Source of the DNA: Fibrobacteria bacterium
GTDB taxonomy: Bacteria; Fibrobacterota; Fibrobacteria; UBA5070
DNA: 64,000 nucleotides
NCBI GenBank assembly: GCA_020633825.1
Contig: JACKCV010000001.1
Span: 74,610-138,609 of the forward strand
Direction: 5' to 3'
Below, in pieces: positions 20,966 through 28,938 of this stretch; positions within the stretch are counted from its first letter, which is position 1; every line of letters begins with the position of its first letter. The notes beneath the pieces were generated by a model, which saw only the letters and a program-made list of their open reading frames with translations, made no database searches and had not been told where the DNA came from. A program made the translations under genes and the position numbers.

Positions 20966-20977
20966 TCCTTCTCTAGC

Positions 20978-21051
<74 letters not shown>

Positions 21052-21055
21052 CTCA

Positions 21056-21094
21056 GAAGGGTCGTCTCGCAAGAGACGGCCCTTCCTGTTTCTT
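21056..21094 (+). terminator. Intrinsic terminator after tRNA-fMet
   Basis: A 13-bp stem GAAGGGTCGTCTC / GAGACGGCCCTTC with a GCAA tetraloop, followed by CTGTTTCTT. Confidence 0.8.
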
Positions 21095-21110
21095 GGCGCA
21101 CCGCGCACAT

Positions 21111-21245
21111 GCCTGAGGTGGAGCGATCCGGTAGCTCGTTGGGCTCATAACCCAAGTGGTCGTAGGTTCAAATCCTGCCCCCGCAACTCAGAAGGGTCGT
21201 CTCGCAAGGGACGGCCCTTTCTGTTTCTTGGCGCACCGCGCACAC
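21111..21245 (+). pseudogene. tRNA-fMet-derived repeat unit 2: tRNA-like copy with a degenerate 5' acceptor strand, plus terminator copy
   Basis: Positions 8-73 of the tRNA and the terminator are repeated almost exactly. The 5' acceptor strand is CCTGAGG instead of CGCGGGG, leaving only about 4 of 7 acceptor pairs. No promoter precedes it. Confidence 0.75.
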
Positions 21246-21680
21246 GCCTGAGGTGGGCAGTCCGGTTTGCTTTTCGCAGCAGGAGCCATTTTCAGGCGGC
21301 TGTAGTTTCGCGGGTTTAGGGTACTCGAAACCTGCGGAAGGAGTTCGTCTTCGTCACCGCTGGGTTTCGAGGCCCTCAACCAGCGGTGATGGGCAGTCCG
21401 GGAACTCGGTGGGCTCATAACCCAAGTGGTCGTAGGTCGGGCGGTCGGAAGACGCGGATCGAGGGCATCGCTCGGCCTGGGAACCGCGTCTGCACTCGCT
21501 CCGAGAGGTCACCGCACCCTCCGGGTGCGCCTCCCCCATCGTCCCTCGCGCACTCACGGCCCCCATTCCGTCGCGCTGCCTCCCTCCCGCATCCTCCGTC
21601 CGCCCATCAGTGCCCCCGCAACTCAGAAGGGTCGTCTCGCAAGAGACGGCCCTTCCTGTTTCTTGGCGCATCGCGCACAT
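21246..21680 (+). repeat. tRNA-fMet-derived composite repeat unit 3 (435 nt) with a 125-nt insert in the D-loop and an approx 173-nt insert replacing the T-loop
   Basis: The order is GCCTGAGGTGGGCAGTCCGG, insert 1 (21266-21390), GGGCAGTCCGGGAACTCGGTGGGCTCATAACCCAAGTGGTCGTAGGT, insert 2 (about 21438-21610), then TGCCCCCGCAA plus the terminator copy. An 11-nt direct repeat GGGCAGTCCGG flanks insert 1. Confidence 0.85.
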
Positions 21681-22117
21681 GCCTGAGGTGGAGCGATCCG
21701 GTTTGCTTTTCGCAGCAGGAGCCATTTTCAGACGGCTGTAGTTCCGCTGGTTGAGGGTACTCGAAACCTGCGGAAGGAGTTCGTCTTCGTCACCGCTGGG
21801 TTTCGAGGCCCTCAACCAGCGGTGATGGGCAGTCCGGGAACTCGTTGGCCTCAAAACCCTGTGTGGTCGTAGGTTGGGCGGTCGGAAGACGCGGCTCGGG
21901 TGCATCGCTCGGACTGGGCACCACGCCTGCACTCGCTCCGAGAGGTCACCGCACCCTCCGGGTGCGCCTCCCCCATCGTCCCTCGGGCACTCACGGCCCC
22001 CATTCCGTCGCGCTGCCTCCCTCCCGCATCCTCCGCCCGCCCATCAGTGCCCCCGCAACTCAGAAGGGTCGTCTCGCAAGGGACGACCCTTTCTGTTTCT
22101 TGGCGCACCGCGCACAC
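21681..22117 (+). repeat. tRNA-fMet-derived composite repeat unit 4 (437 nt), tandem copy of unit 3, more decayed
   Basis: Same architecture as unit 3 (insert 1 at 21702-21826, insert 2 at about 21875-22047). The anticodon arm has degenerated to GGCCTCAAAACCC. Similarity to unit 3 ends after GCCTG at 22122. Confidence 0.85.
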
Positions 22118-22525
22118 GCCTGGACAGCTTGGAGGGTGTCCGACCTGAATCAGGAGACAAGATCACGATGAGCGACCCGTAGTCCCCCTTAGCAGATGGA
22201 CCTGGTTTGGCGTGATTTCAGCGTCGACCATCCCAGCCCTCGGAGAGTCTCCGAATTCCTGCGCCTCGAAATGGATGGGCTTTGTCTTTGTGGCATTCGT
22301 AGTGGATGTCTCGCTGCATCGTGATGCGGAAGGTATCGTACCCGGCAACGGGCCACCCGAAAACCCGGGTGGATACCGACGGAAGCAGCCCATGCCTAAA
22401 TGCGAGAGCCTGCCTACTATTGAATCGACAGTCAGCCCCCCCTCCTCTCGACAGATTCCGGGCCATATCGCGTCCGTGACCATTCAGCCGGCCCTTTTTC
22501 CCGGCGACCCAACTGGAGTCCCAAC

Positions 22526-25006
22526 TTGGCCGTCAAGAAATCCGACCTCTACTCGTCCATCTGGGCCTCGTGCGATCAACTTCGAGGCGGCATGGATGCC
22601 AGCCTGTACAAGAACTACGTGCTGTCGTTGCTGTTCATCAAGTACATCACCGACAAGTACTGGAACCGAGACGTTTTCGATCCGTTGGTGAAGATCCCCG
22701 ACGGCGCGAGTTTTCACGACCTGAAGGCTTTGCGCGGCAAGAGCGACATCGGCGATCGGATCAACACCCAGATCATCCAGCCACTGATCGACGCGAACCC
22801 GAAACTGTCGCGCAACGACTTCCCCAACTTCAACGATCCCGACAAGCTCGGCGAAGGCGCGAAGATGGTGGAGAGGCTCGGCAACCTGATCTCCATCTTC
22901 GCCAAGCCCGAATTGGATTTCTCGAGCAATCGCGCCGAGCACGACGACCTCCTGGGCGACGCCTACGAATACCTGATGCGCCACTTCGCGACTGAGAGCG
23001 GGAAGAGCAAAGGGCAGTTCTACACCCCTTCGGAGGTCAGTCGCCTCATCGCCAAACTCCTGGGAATTTCCCGGGAGAATTCGAAGGCGAGCACCAACGT
23101 CTACGACCCCACCTGCGGTTCGGGGTCGTTGCTCCTGAAGGTCGCCGCCGAAGCGGGAAGGCAGATCACCCTCGAGGGGCAGGAACAGGACGTGACCACC
23201 GCGGGCTTGGCCCGCATGAACATGATCCTCCACGACTTCCCCACCGCCACCATTCTCTCTGGCGACACGCTGAACGATCCCAAGTTCAAGGTCGAAGGAC
23301 ACCTTCGCGTCTATGACTACGTCGTGGCCAATCCTCCCTTCTCGGCCAAGGCCTGGAGCACGGGCATGCCCGTACCCATCCGCGAAAAGGATCCCTACCA
23401 GCGCTTCGTCTGGGGTGAACCGCCCGCCAAGCAAGGCGACTACGCCTTCCTTCTGCACATCATTCGCTCCTTGAAGAGCACGGGCAAAGGCGCGTGCATC
23501 CTGCCCCACGGCGTTCTCTTCCGTGGAAATGCCGAAGCCGAAATTCGCGAGAATCTGGTGAAGTCGGGCATCCTCAAGGGCATCGTCGGCTTGCCGGCGA
23601 ACCTCTTCTACGGCACCGGAATTCCCGCCTGCATCCTCCTGCTCGACAAGGAGAACGCCACGGCACGCAAGGGGATCTTCCTGATCGACGCGTCCAAGGG
23701 CTTCATCAAGGATGGCCCCAAGAACCGACTGCGCGACCAGGATCTCCACAAGATCGTCGACATCTTCCAGCGGCAGGCGGATCTACCCGGATACTCGCGA
23801 ATGGTTTCCCTCGACGAGATCGCCAGGAACGCCTACAACCTGAACCTCCCCCGCTACATCGATGGCAGCGATCCCGAAGATCTCCAAGACATCGAAGGGC
23901 ACCTCCGCGGCGGCATTCCCGAGCGCGACCTGGACGGGCTCGCCTCCTACTGGACGGAATTCGCCGGGATGCGCTCCATGCTCTTCGAGACCACCGATCG
24001 CATCGGGTATTCGCGCCTGCGTCTACCGGCTTCCGAAGTCCGGTCGGCCATCTTCGAACACCCGCGTTTCCAGGCCTTCCACGCCACGGTCAACTCCCTC
24101 CTGGACAATTGGAAGACCACCAACCGCCCCCTACTGCTCGCCTTCCAGCAGAAGAGCCACCCCAAGGCTCTGATCGAGATCCTGTCCGAGAGTCTGCTTG
24201 AGACCTTCCGCACCGCACCTCTCCTGGAAGCGTACGACATCTACCAGAGACTGATGGACCAGTGGAACGACTCCATGCAGGACGATGCCTACCTGATCGC
24301 TTCCGATGGCTGGATCAAGGGCGCGCAGCCGCGCGAGATCGTGAAGATCAAGAACAAGGACGACAAACTCGTTTGGCCCGAAGACCACGATTACCTGGTT
24401 GGCAAACGACGCTTCAAGTCGGATCTCGTCCCGTCTGCCATCCTGATCGACCGATTCTTTCCTGCCGAACGCGACGGGTTGATCGAACTGGATGCGCGCA
24501 TCGCGAGCCCTGAACAGAAGCTCGAGGAGCTGCGAGAAGAACACTCCGGCGAGGATGGACTCCTCAACGAGGTTCTGGAGGGTGACTCCGACAAGCCCAA
24601 GATCACCGCCAAAGGCATTCGCGACCGACTCAAGGCGATCGCCAAGGATGGCGATGCGGCCGAGGAGCGCGAGGTGCTCAAGTCGTATCTCAAGCTGTTG
24701 GAGGAGCTTTCGGCGACCAAGGCCACGAGGGACCAATCCCAAAAGGAACTGGATTCCCTGGTCCACGCGAAATACCCCACCCTGACGGAAACCGACATCA
24801 AGGACCTGGTGATCGACGACAAGTGGTTCGCACGTTTGACGACCTCCGTCCACGGCGAACTCGACCGCATCTCCCAGCTGCTCACACGCCGCGTCAAGGA
24901 ACTGGCCGAGCGCTACGAGACCCCTCTCCCCCAGCTCACCGAGCGCGTGGCCGATCTCGAAGCCAAAGTCGCCGGACATCTCGCCAAAATGGGGTTCTCG
25001 CTGTGA
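22526..25006 (+). CDS. hsdM: Type I restriction-modification system, DNA methyltransferase subunit M (long form, 826 aa)
   Basis: ORF 22526..25006 with a TTG start. HsdM N-domain LYSSIWASCDQLRGGMDASLYKNYVLSLLFIKYI, SAM motif VYDPTCGSGSLL, catalytic VVANPPFS. It has a long coiled-coil-rich C-terminal extension. Confidence 0.93.
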   Translation: MAVKKSDLYSSIWASCDQLRGGMDASLYKNYVLSLLFIKYITDKYWNRDVFDPLVKIPDGASFHDLKALRGKSDIGDRINTQIIQPLIDANPKLSRNDFPNFNDPDKLGEGAKMVERLGNLISIFAKPELDFSSNRAEHDDLLGDAYEYLMRHFATESGKSKGQFYTPSEVSRLIAKLLGISRENSKASTNVYDPTCGSGSLLLKVAAEAGRQITLEGQEQDVTTAGLARMNMILHDFPTATILSGDTLNDPKFKVEGHLRVYDYVVANPPFSAKAWSTGMPVPIREKDPYQRFVWGEPPAKQGDYAFLLHIIRSLKSTGKGACILPHGVLFRGNAEAEIRENLVKSGILKGIVGLPANLFYGTGIPACILLLDKENATARKGIFLIDASKGFIKDGPKNRLRDQDLHKIVDIFQRQADLPGYSRMVSLDEIARNAYNLNLPRYIDGSDPEDLQDIEGHLRGGIPERDLDGLASYWTEFAGMRSMLFETTDRIGYSRLRLPASEVRSAIFEHPRFQAFHATVNSLLDNWKTTNRPLLLAFQQKSHPKALIEILSESLLETFRTAPLLEAYDIYQRLMDQWNDSMQDDAYLIASDGWIKGAQPREIVKIKNKDDKLVWPEDHDYLVGKRRFKSDLVPSAILIDRFFPAERDGLIELDARIASPEQKLEELREEHSGEDGLLNEVLEGDSDKPKITAKGIRDRLKAIAKDGDAAEEREVLKSYLKLLEELSATKATRDQSQKELDSLVHAKYPTLTETDIKDLVIDDKWFARLTTSVHGELDRISQLLTRRVKELAERYETPLPQLTERVADLEAKVAGHLAKMGFSL

Positions 25007-26094
25007 GCCTCGCGCCCCTGCCTCTGCCACTGGACCTCGAGACCAAGGCGGTGCTCAAGAAGGCCGCCCGCGCCCACCAGGCCCTGGCCGAGCTCAAGGG
25101 CGTAGTGGCGAGCATCCCCAACCAGGCCATTCTGGTGAACACGCTCTCGTTGCAGGAGGCCAAGGACAGCTCGGCCATCGAGAACATCGTGACCACCCAC
25201 GACGACCTATACCAGAGCGACGTCGCGGCCCATCGCTTCGTGACGCTGGCTGCCAAGGAGGTCCACAACTACGCAGCCGCCCTGCGTGAGGGCTTCGACA
25301 AGGTCAAGAGCACAGGCCTGATCACCCTCAACGACATCCTCGAGATCCAGGCGCGCATCGAGGAAAACCGCGCCGGCCTGCGCAAGCTCCCCGGCACCAC
25401 GCTCAAGAACGACGCCACCGGTCAGGTCGTCTACACGCCCCCACAGCACCCCGACGAGATCGTGGCCCTGATGGGGAACCTGGAGCGCTTCCTCAACGAG
25501 CCAGATCTGTGCGACTGGGATCCCCTGGTGCGCATGGCCATGGTCCACCACCAGTTCGAGAGCATCCACCCCTTCTACGACGGCAACGGCCGCACGGGGC
25601 GCATCCTCAACATCCTCTACCTGGTCCAGCAAGACCTCTTGGGCAGCCCCGTCCTGTACCTCAGTCGATTCATCAACCAGAACAAGGCCGACTACTACCG
25701 CCTGCTCCAACACCCCCGCGACACAGGCGCATGGGAGCCGTGGCTTCTGTTCATGCTGGAAGGCATCGAGCAGACCGCCCACCAGACCACCGAGCTGGTG
25801 GTTGGCATGAAGGATCTGATGATGTCCACCAAGCATCGTTTGCGCGACGAACGGCCCAAGATCTACAGCCAGGACCTGATCAACAACCTGTTCCGGCACC
25901 CGTACACCAAGATCGAGTTCCTGATGTCCGAGCTGATGGTCCATCGCAACACCGCCGCCAAGTACTTGGAAGAGCTGGTGCGCATCGGGATTCTCGCAAA
26001 ACACAAGATCGGGAAGGACAACTACTACCTCAACACCGGCCTCTACGAGTTGTTGTTGGGAGTGGGCGTGCGCAAGATCGAGGTTCCGGAATGA
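25003..26094 (+). CDS. Fic family protein (class II, Fic_N + Fic + C-terminal winged-helix)
   Basis: GTG 25003 overlaps the hsdM stop (GTGA), in frame of ORF 24823..26094. Fic motif HPFYDGNGRTGR at nt 25567-25602. N-terminal inhibitory-helix motif SSAIEN ([S/T]xxxE[G/N]) at nt 25168-25185. Confidence 0.88.
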   Translation: MSLAPLPLPLDLETKAVLKKAARAHQALAELKGVVASIPNQAILVNTLSLQEAKDSSAIENIVTTHDDLYQSDVAAHRFVTLAAKEVHNYAAALREGFDKVKSTGLITLNDILEIQARIEENRAGLRKLPGTTLKNDATGQVVYTPPQHPDEIVALMGNLERFLNEPDLCDWDPLVRMAMVHHQFESIHPFYDGNGRTGRILNILYLVQQDLLGSPVLYLSRFINQNKADYYRLLQHPRDTGAWEPWLLFMLEGIEQTAHQTTELVVGMKDLMMSTKHRLRDERPKIYSQDLINNLFRHPYTKIEFLMSELMVHRNTAAKYLEELVRIGILAKHKIGKDNYYLNTGLYELLLGVGVRKIEVPE

Positions 26095-26162
26095 ACGCTT
26101 TTGCACTTCGATGGCGTGCTTCGTGCACTCGTTTTTCGCATTTCTTGTTTGCGTTGGGTTTT

Positions 26163-26196
26163 ACGTGCACAAAAAATCGCGAAATTTTGTGCACGT
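26163..26196. promoter_or_regulatory. Perfect 12-bp inverted repeat ACGTGCACAAAA-N10-TTTTGTGCACGT in an AT-rich intergenic patch (candidate operator)
   Basis: Read directly from the sequence. A third half-site, ATGCACAAAATTTT, lies at about 26214-26228, and further TGCAC motifs at 26101, 26122 and 26298. It sits between fic and hsdS. Confidence 0.4.
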
Positions 26197-26521
26197 CTAA
26201 ACTTCATGCACAAAATTTTAGGCTTAACTCAAACCAGCCCGGTTTTTCGCGTGAACCAATTCACACGGGAAAAATTCCGGCTTTTTTACGCGCGTTCTGC
26301 ACGACATGGGCAGAAAATCGGCATTTTGGAGGCACGACACATCGGGGCGCCCCCCTGACGGGTCGGGCTGACCCTTCGACACGCCACCTGCGGCGGCGGC
26401 TCAGGGCAAGTCCGGGCTCCGCTGTCGCGTCGGCCCCTGACGGGTCTTGCTGCGCAACCCTGCACACTTGTCCTGAGCCCCGTCGAAGGGTCCCTGGCGC
26501 GTGGGGAGGTCGGTCGTGAGC

Positions 26522-27706
26522 ATGGAGACGGTGCCCAAGGGTTATAAGCAAACCGAAGTGGGGATGATTCCGGAAGAATGGACACTAAAGCCAATTAAAG
26601 GTTTTGCAGAAATCCGAGGTCGCGTAGGCTGGAAGGGTTACACCAAAAAAGATCTTGTTCCAATCGGGCCGTACGCGATAGGAGCAAAACATATTGACAA
26701 GTATAATCGGATAAATTTATCGGAACCAACTTGCTTATCAATGAAGAAATACGAAGAGTCGCCAGAAATCATGGTGGTGCCTGGTGATATTTTGATTGTG
26801 CAACGAGGCACAATTGGAAAAATCGCCTTTGTTGATCAAGATTACGGCAAAGCTACGATTAATCCAAGCATGGCCATTATCCGGGTTAAGCAGGTTTCTG
26901 CAAAATATGTTGCGTGTTTTCTTCTTTCTGATTTTGGAAATTCTCAAATAGCTTCCGATACGTCTTCAACTGGCGTCCCGATGATTAGCCAGAAACAAAT
27001 CGGCTCATTTATTGTACCGCTTCCGCCTTCAATAACTGAGCAACAAGCCATCGCCGCCGCCCTTTCGGATGCCGATGCCCTGATCGAGTCGCTGGAGCAG
27101 CTGCTCACCAAGAAGCGCCAGATCAAGCAGGGAGCCATGCAGGAGCTGCTGACGGGCAAGCGTAGACTCCCCGGATTCACCCACAATTGGGAAACAACTC
27201 TGCTAGGAGACATTTGCACACTGAAAAGTGGCGAATCAATAACTAGCAAAGACATCTACCCCTCTGGGGATTACTTGTGTTATGGGGGGAACGGGATACG
27301 AGGTTATGCAAAATCATTCACTCACAACGGCTGCTTTTTGCTAATCGGAAGAGTTGGAGCCTTGTGTGGAAATATAAACTTGGTCGAAGGAAGAATCTAC
27401 GCATCTGAGCATGTTTTGGTTGGAACCGTCCGTGAAGGCGTATCTCATTCATGGCTAGCATTGATTTTGGAGCGACTTAAACTGAATCGCTTATCTGAAG
27501 CATCTGCGCAACCAGTTCTTACCTCCACTAAACTCTCCATTCTGGAAATAAATCTTCCCACCCTCCCCGAACAAACCGCCATCGCCGCCGTCCTCTCCGA
27601 CATGGACGCCGAACTCGAAGCCCTCGAGGCCAAGCTCGACAAAGCCCGGCAGATCAAGCAGGGGATGATGCAACAGCTCCTCACCGGGAAGGTCCGGCTG
27701 GTATGA
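26522..27706 (+). CDS. hsdS: Type I restriction-modification system, specificity subunit S
   Basis: ATG 26522 in ORF 26501..27706 (GTG 26501 is an alternative start). It has two target-recognition domains separated by the conserved helices PLPPSITEQQAIAAALSDADALIESLEQLLTKKRQIKQGAMQELLTGKRRL and LPTLPEQTAIAAVLSDMDAELEALEAKLDKARQIKQGMMQQLLTGKVRL. Confidence 0.92.
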   Translation: METVPKGYKQTEVGMIPEEWTLKPIKGFAEIRGRVGWKGYTKKDLVPIGPYAIGAKHIDKYNRINLSEPTCLSMKKYEESPEIMVVPGDILIVQRGTIGKIAFVDQDYGKATINPSMAIIRVKQVSAKYVACFLLSDFGNSQIASDTSSTGVPMISQKQIGSFIVPLPPSITEQQAIAAALSDADALIESLEQLLTKKRQIKQGAMQELLTGKRRLPGFTHNWETTLLGDICTLKSGESITSKDIYPSGDYLCYGGNGIRGYAKSFTHNGCFLLIGRVGALCGNINLVEGRIYASEHVLVGTVREGVSHSWLALILERLKLNRLSEASAQPVLTSTKLSILEINLPTLPEQTAIAAVLSDMDAELEALEAKLDKARQIKQGMMQQLLTGKVRLV

Positions 27707-28653
27707 AGTCCTACTACCGCATCATGCTGGGACGCAAGAGCACCCACGCTGCGGAATGCCTGGCCGAGGGGTTCATCGGTGCCCACTACGACATCGACCT
27801 GGATCTGTCCCAGCGGCTCCCCGACAACTGGAAGGCGTTCAACAAGGAGTTCATCCCGGTCTACCAGGGCCTCCACCCCGAGAAGTCAAAGATCGCTGCG
27901 GGCTTGGCCTGTGGGATGCTCTGGGTGGTCAGCAAGGGAGTCAAGAAGGGCGACATCATCCTGAGCCCCGACGGTTCGGGCACCTACCGCGTGGGCGAGG
28001 TGGTGGGCGACTACACCTACGCCCCGGGGCGGGTCCTCCCCCACCGGCGAGCCGTAACCTGGCGCGAGACAGGGATTGAGCGCACCGCCCTGAGCGAAGC
28101 TCTGCGGCGCTCGGCAGGCTCCATCGGAACTGTGAGCGACATCTCCGGGCACCGCGACGAGATCGAGCGCTTGATCGGAGGCCTCGTCCCTTCGACCTCC
28201 ACGCCGATGTCGATCCCCTCGGCCATGTCTGCGACTCCCGAGCTCGAGGACTTCGGCTCGTTCGCCATGGAAAAGCACCTGGAAGACTTCCTGGTCGCCA
28301 ACTGGAAGCAGACCGAGCTGGGCCAGAGTTACGACATCTACGAGGAAGACGGCGAACTGGTCGGGCAGCAGTACCCCACCGACACCGGCCCCCTCGATAT
28401 TCTCGCCGTGGCCAAGGATGGAAGCCACCTGCTGGTGGTCGAGCTCAAGCGCGGACGAGCCTCCGACGCCGTGGTCGGCCAGATCCTGCGCTACATGGGC
28501 TCGGTCAAGGAGTCCCTGTGCACCGACACCCAAGGTGTGAAGGGCGTCGTCATCGCCCTGGAAGACGACCAGCGCCTACGCCTAGCCCTATCCATGGTCC
28601 CGAACGTTTCGTTCTTTCGCTACCAGGTCAGCTTCCGCCTGGTGCCGGGCTGA
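27703..28653 (+). CDS. Two-domain protein: unassigned N-terminal domain + NucS/DUF91-like PD-(D/E)XK nuclease domain
   Basis: ORF 27703..28653 with an ATGA overlap with the hsdS stop. C-terminal half: EKHLEDFLVANWKQTELG...QQYPTDTGPLDILAVAKDGSHLLVVELKRGRASDAVVGQILRYMGSVKE...VKGVVIALEDDQRL. The D (28396-28398) and ExK (28441-28449) fit the PD-(D/E)XK/NucS C-domain pattern. Confidence 0.7.
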   Translation: MKSYYRIMLGRKSTHAAECLAEGFIGAHYDIDLDLSQRLPDNWKAFNKEFIPVYQGLHPEKSKIAAGLACGMLWVVSKGVKKGDIILSPDGSGTYRVGEVVGDYTYAPGRVLPHRRAVTWRETGIERTALSEALRRSAGSIGTVSDISGHRDEIERLIGGLVPSTSTPMSIPSAMSATPELEDFGSFAMEKHLEDFLVANWKQTELGQSYDIYEEDGELVGQQYPTDTGPLDILAVAKDGSHLLVVELKRGRASDAVVGQILRYMGSVKESLCTDTQGVKGVVIALEDDQRLRLALSMVPNVSFFRYQVSFRLVPG

Positions 28654-28696
28654 GCCGTTCAAGGGTATCTTGAAGAGTAGGCTCCAGGAGGATCCC

Positions 28697-28936
28697 ATGT
28701 CGACGCACACGGAATTGGACGAAAGCACCCTTACGGAGCAGGAAGCCCGAATTCCAGAGCTGGCTCAGGCTGCCGTCCGAAAGGCCTATCGACAGGCTCT
28801 CGAGTCCAGCGGATCGGTTGTGGAGGCCGTCGGAGGGAACTTGGTCGTGACAACCCGCACGGGGCGTACCGTCCTGCACGCCCTGACGAAACCGATACCG
28901 GTGAAGGTCGGAGAGCGCCGAGTCCGCAAGGCTTAG
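28697..28936 (+). CDS. Small protein (79 aa), candidate partner/antitoxin of the downstream zeta-like ATPase
   Basis: ATG 28697 is preceded by GGAGG, in ORF 28670..28936. It ends 2 nt before the next ATG. I recognise no domain. Confidence 0.5.
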   Translation: MSTHTELDESTLTEQEARIPELAQAAVRKAYRQALESSGSVVEAVGGNLVVTTRTGRTVLHALTKPIPVKVGERRVRKA

Positions 28937-28938
28937 GA

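Noticed and set aside
21246-22117. Whether the interrupted tRNA-like units are intron-containing tRNA-fMet genes (group I intron, as in cyanobacterial tRNA-fMet).
   Set aside because: The interruptions are in the D-loop and T-loop, not the anticodon loop. The inserts (125 and about 173 nt) are short for group I introns. The 5' acceptor strand cannot pair. No promoter precedes the units. Differences between the two copies break stems without compensation.
26101-26358. ORF 26101..26358 (85 aa) and the minus-strand ORFs 26261..26594 in the fic-hsdS spacer.
   Set aside because: There is no RBS, the composition is odd, and the translations are dominated by the palindromic repeats. This is more likely regulatory or non-coding DNA.
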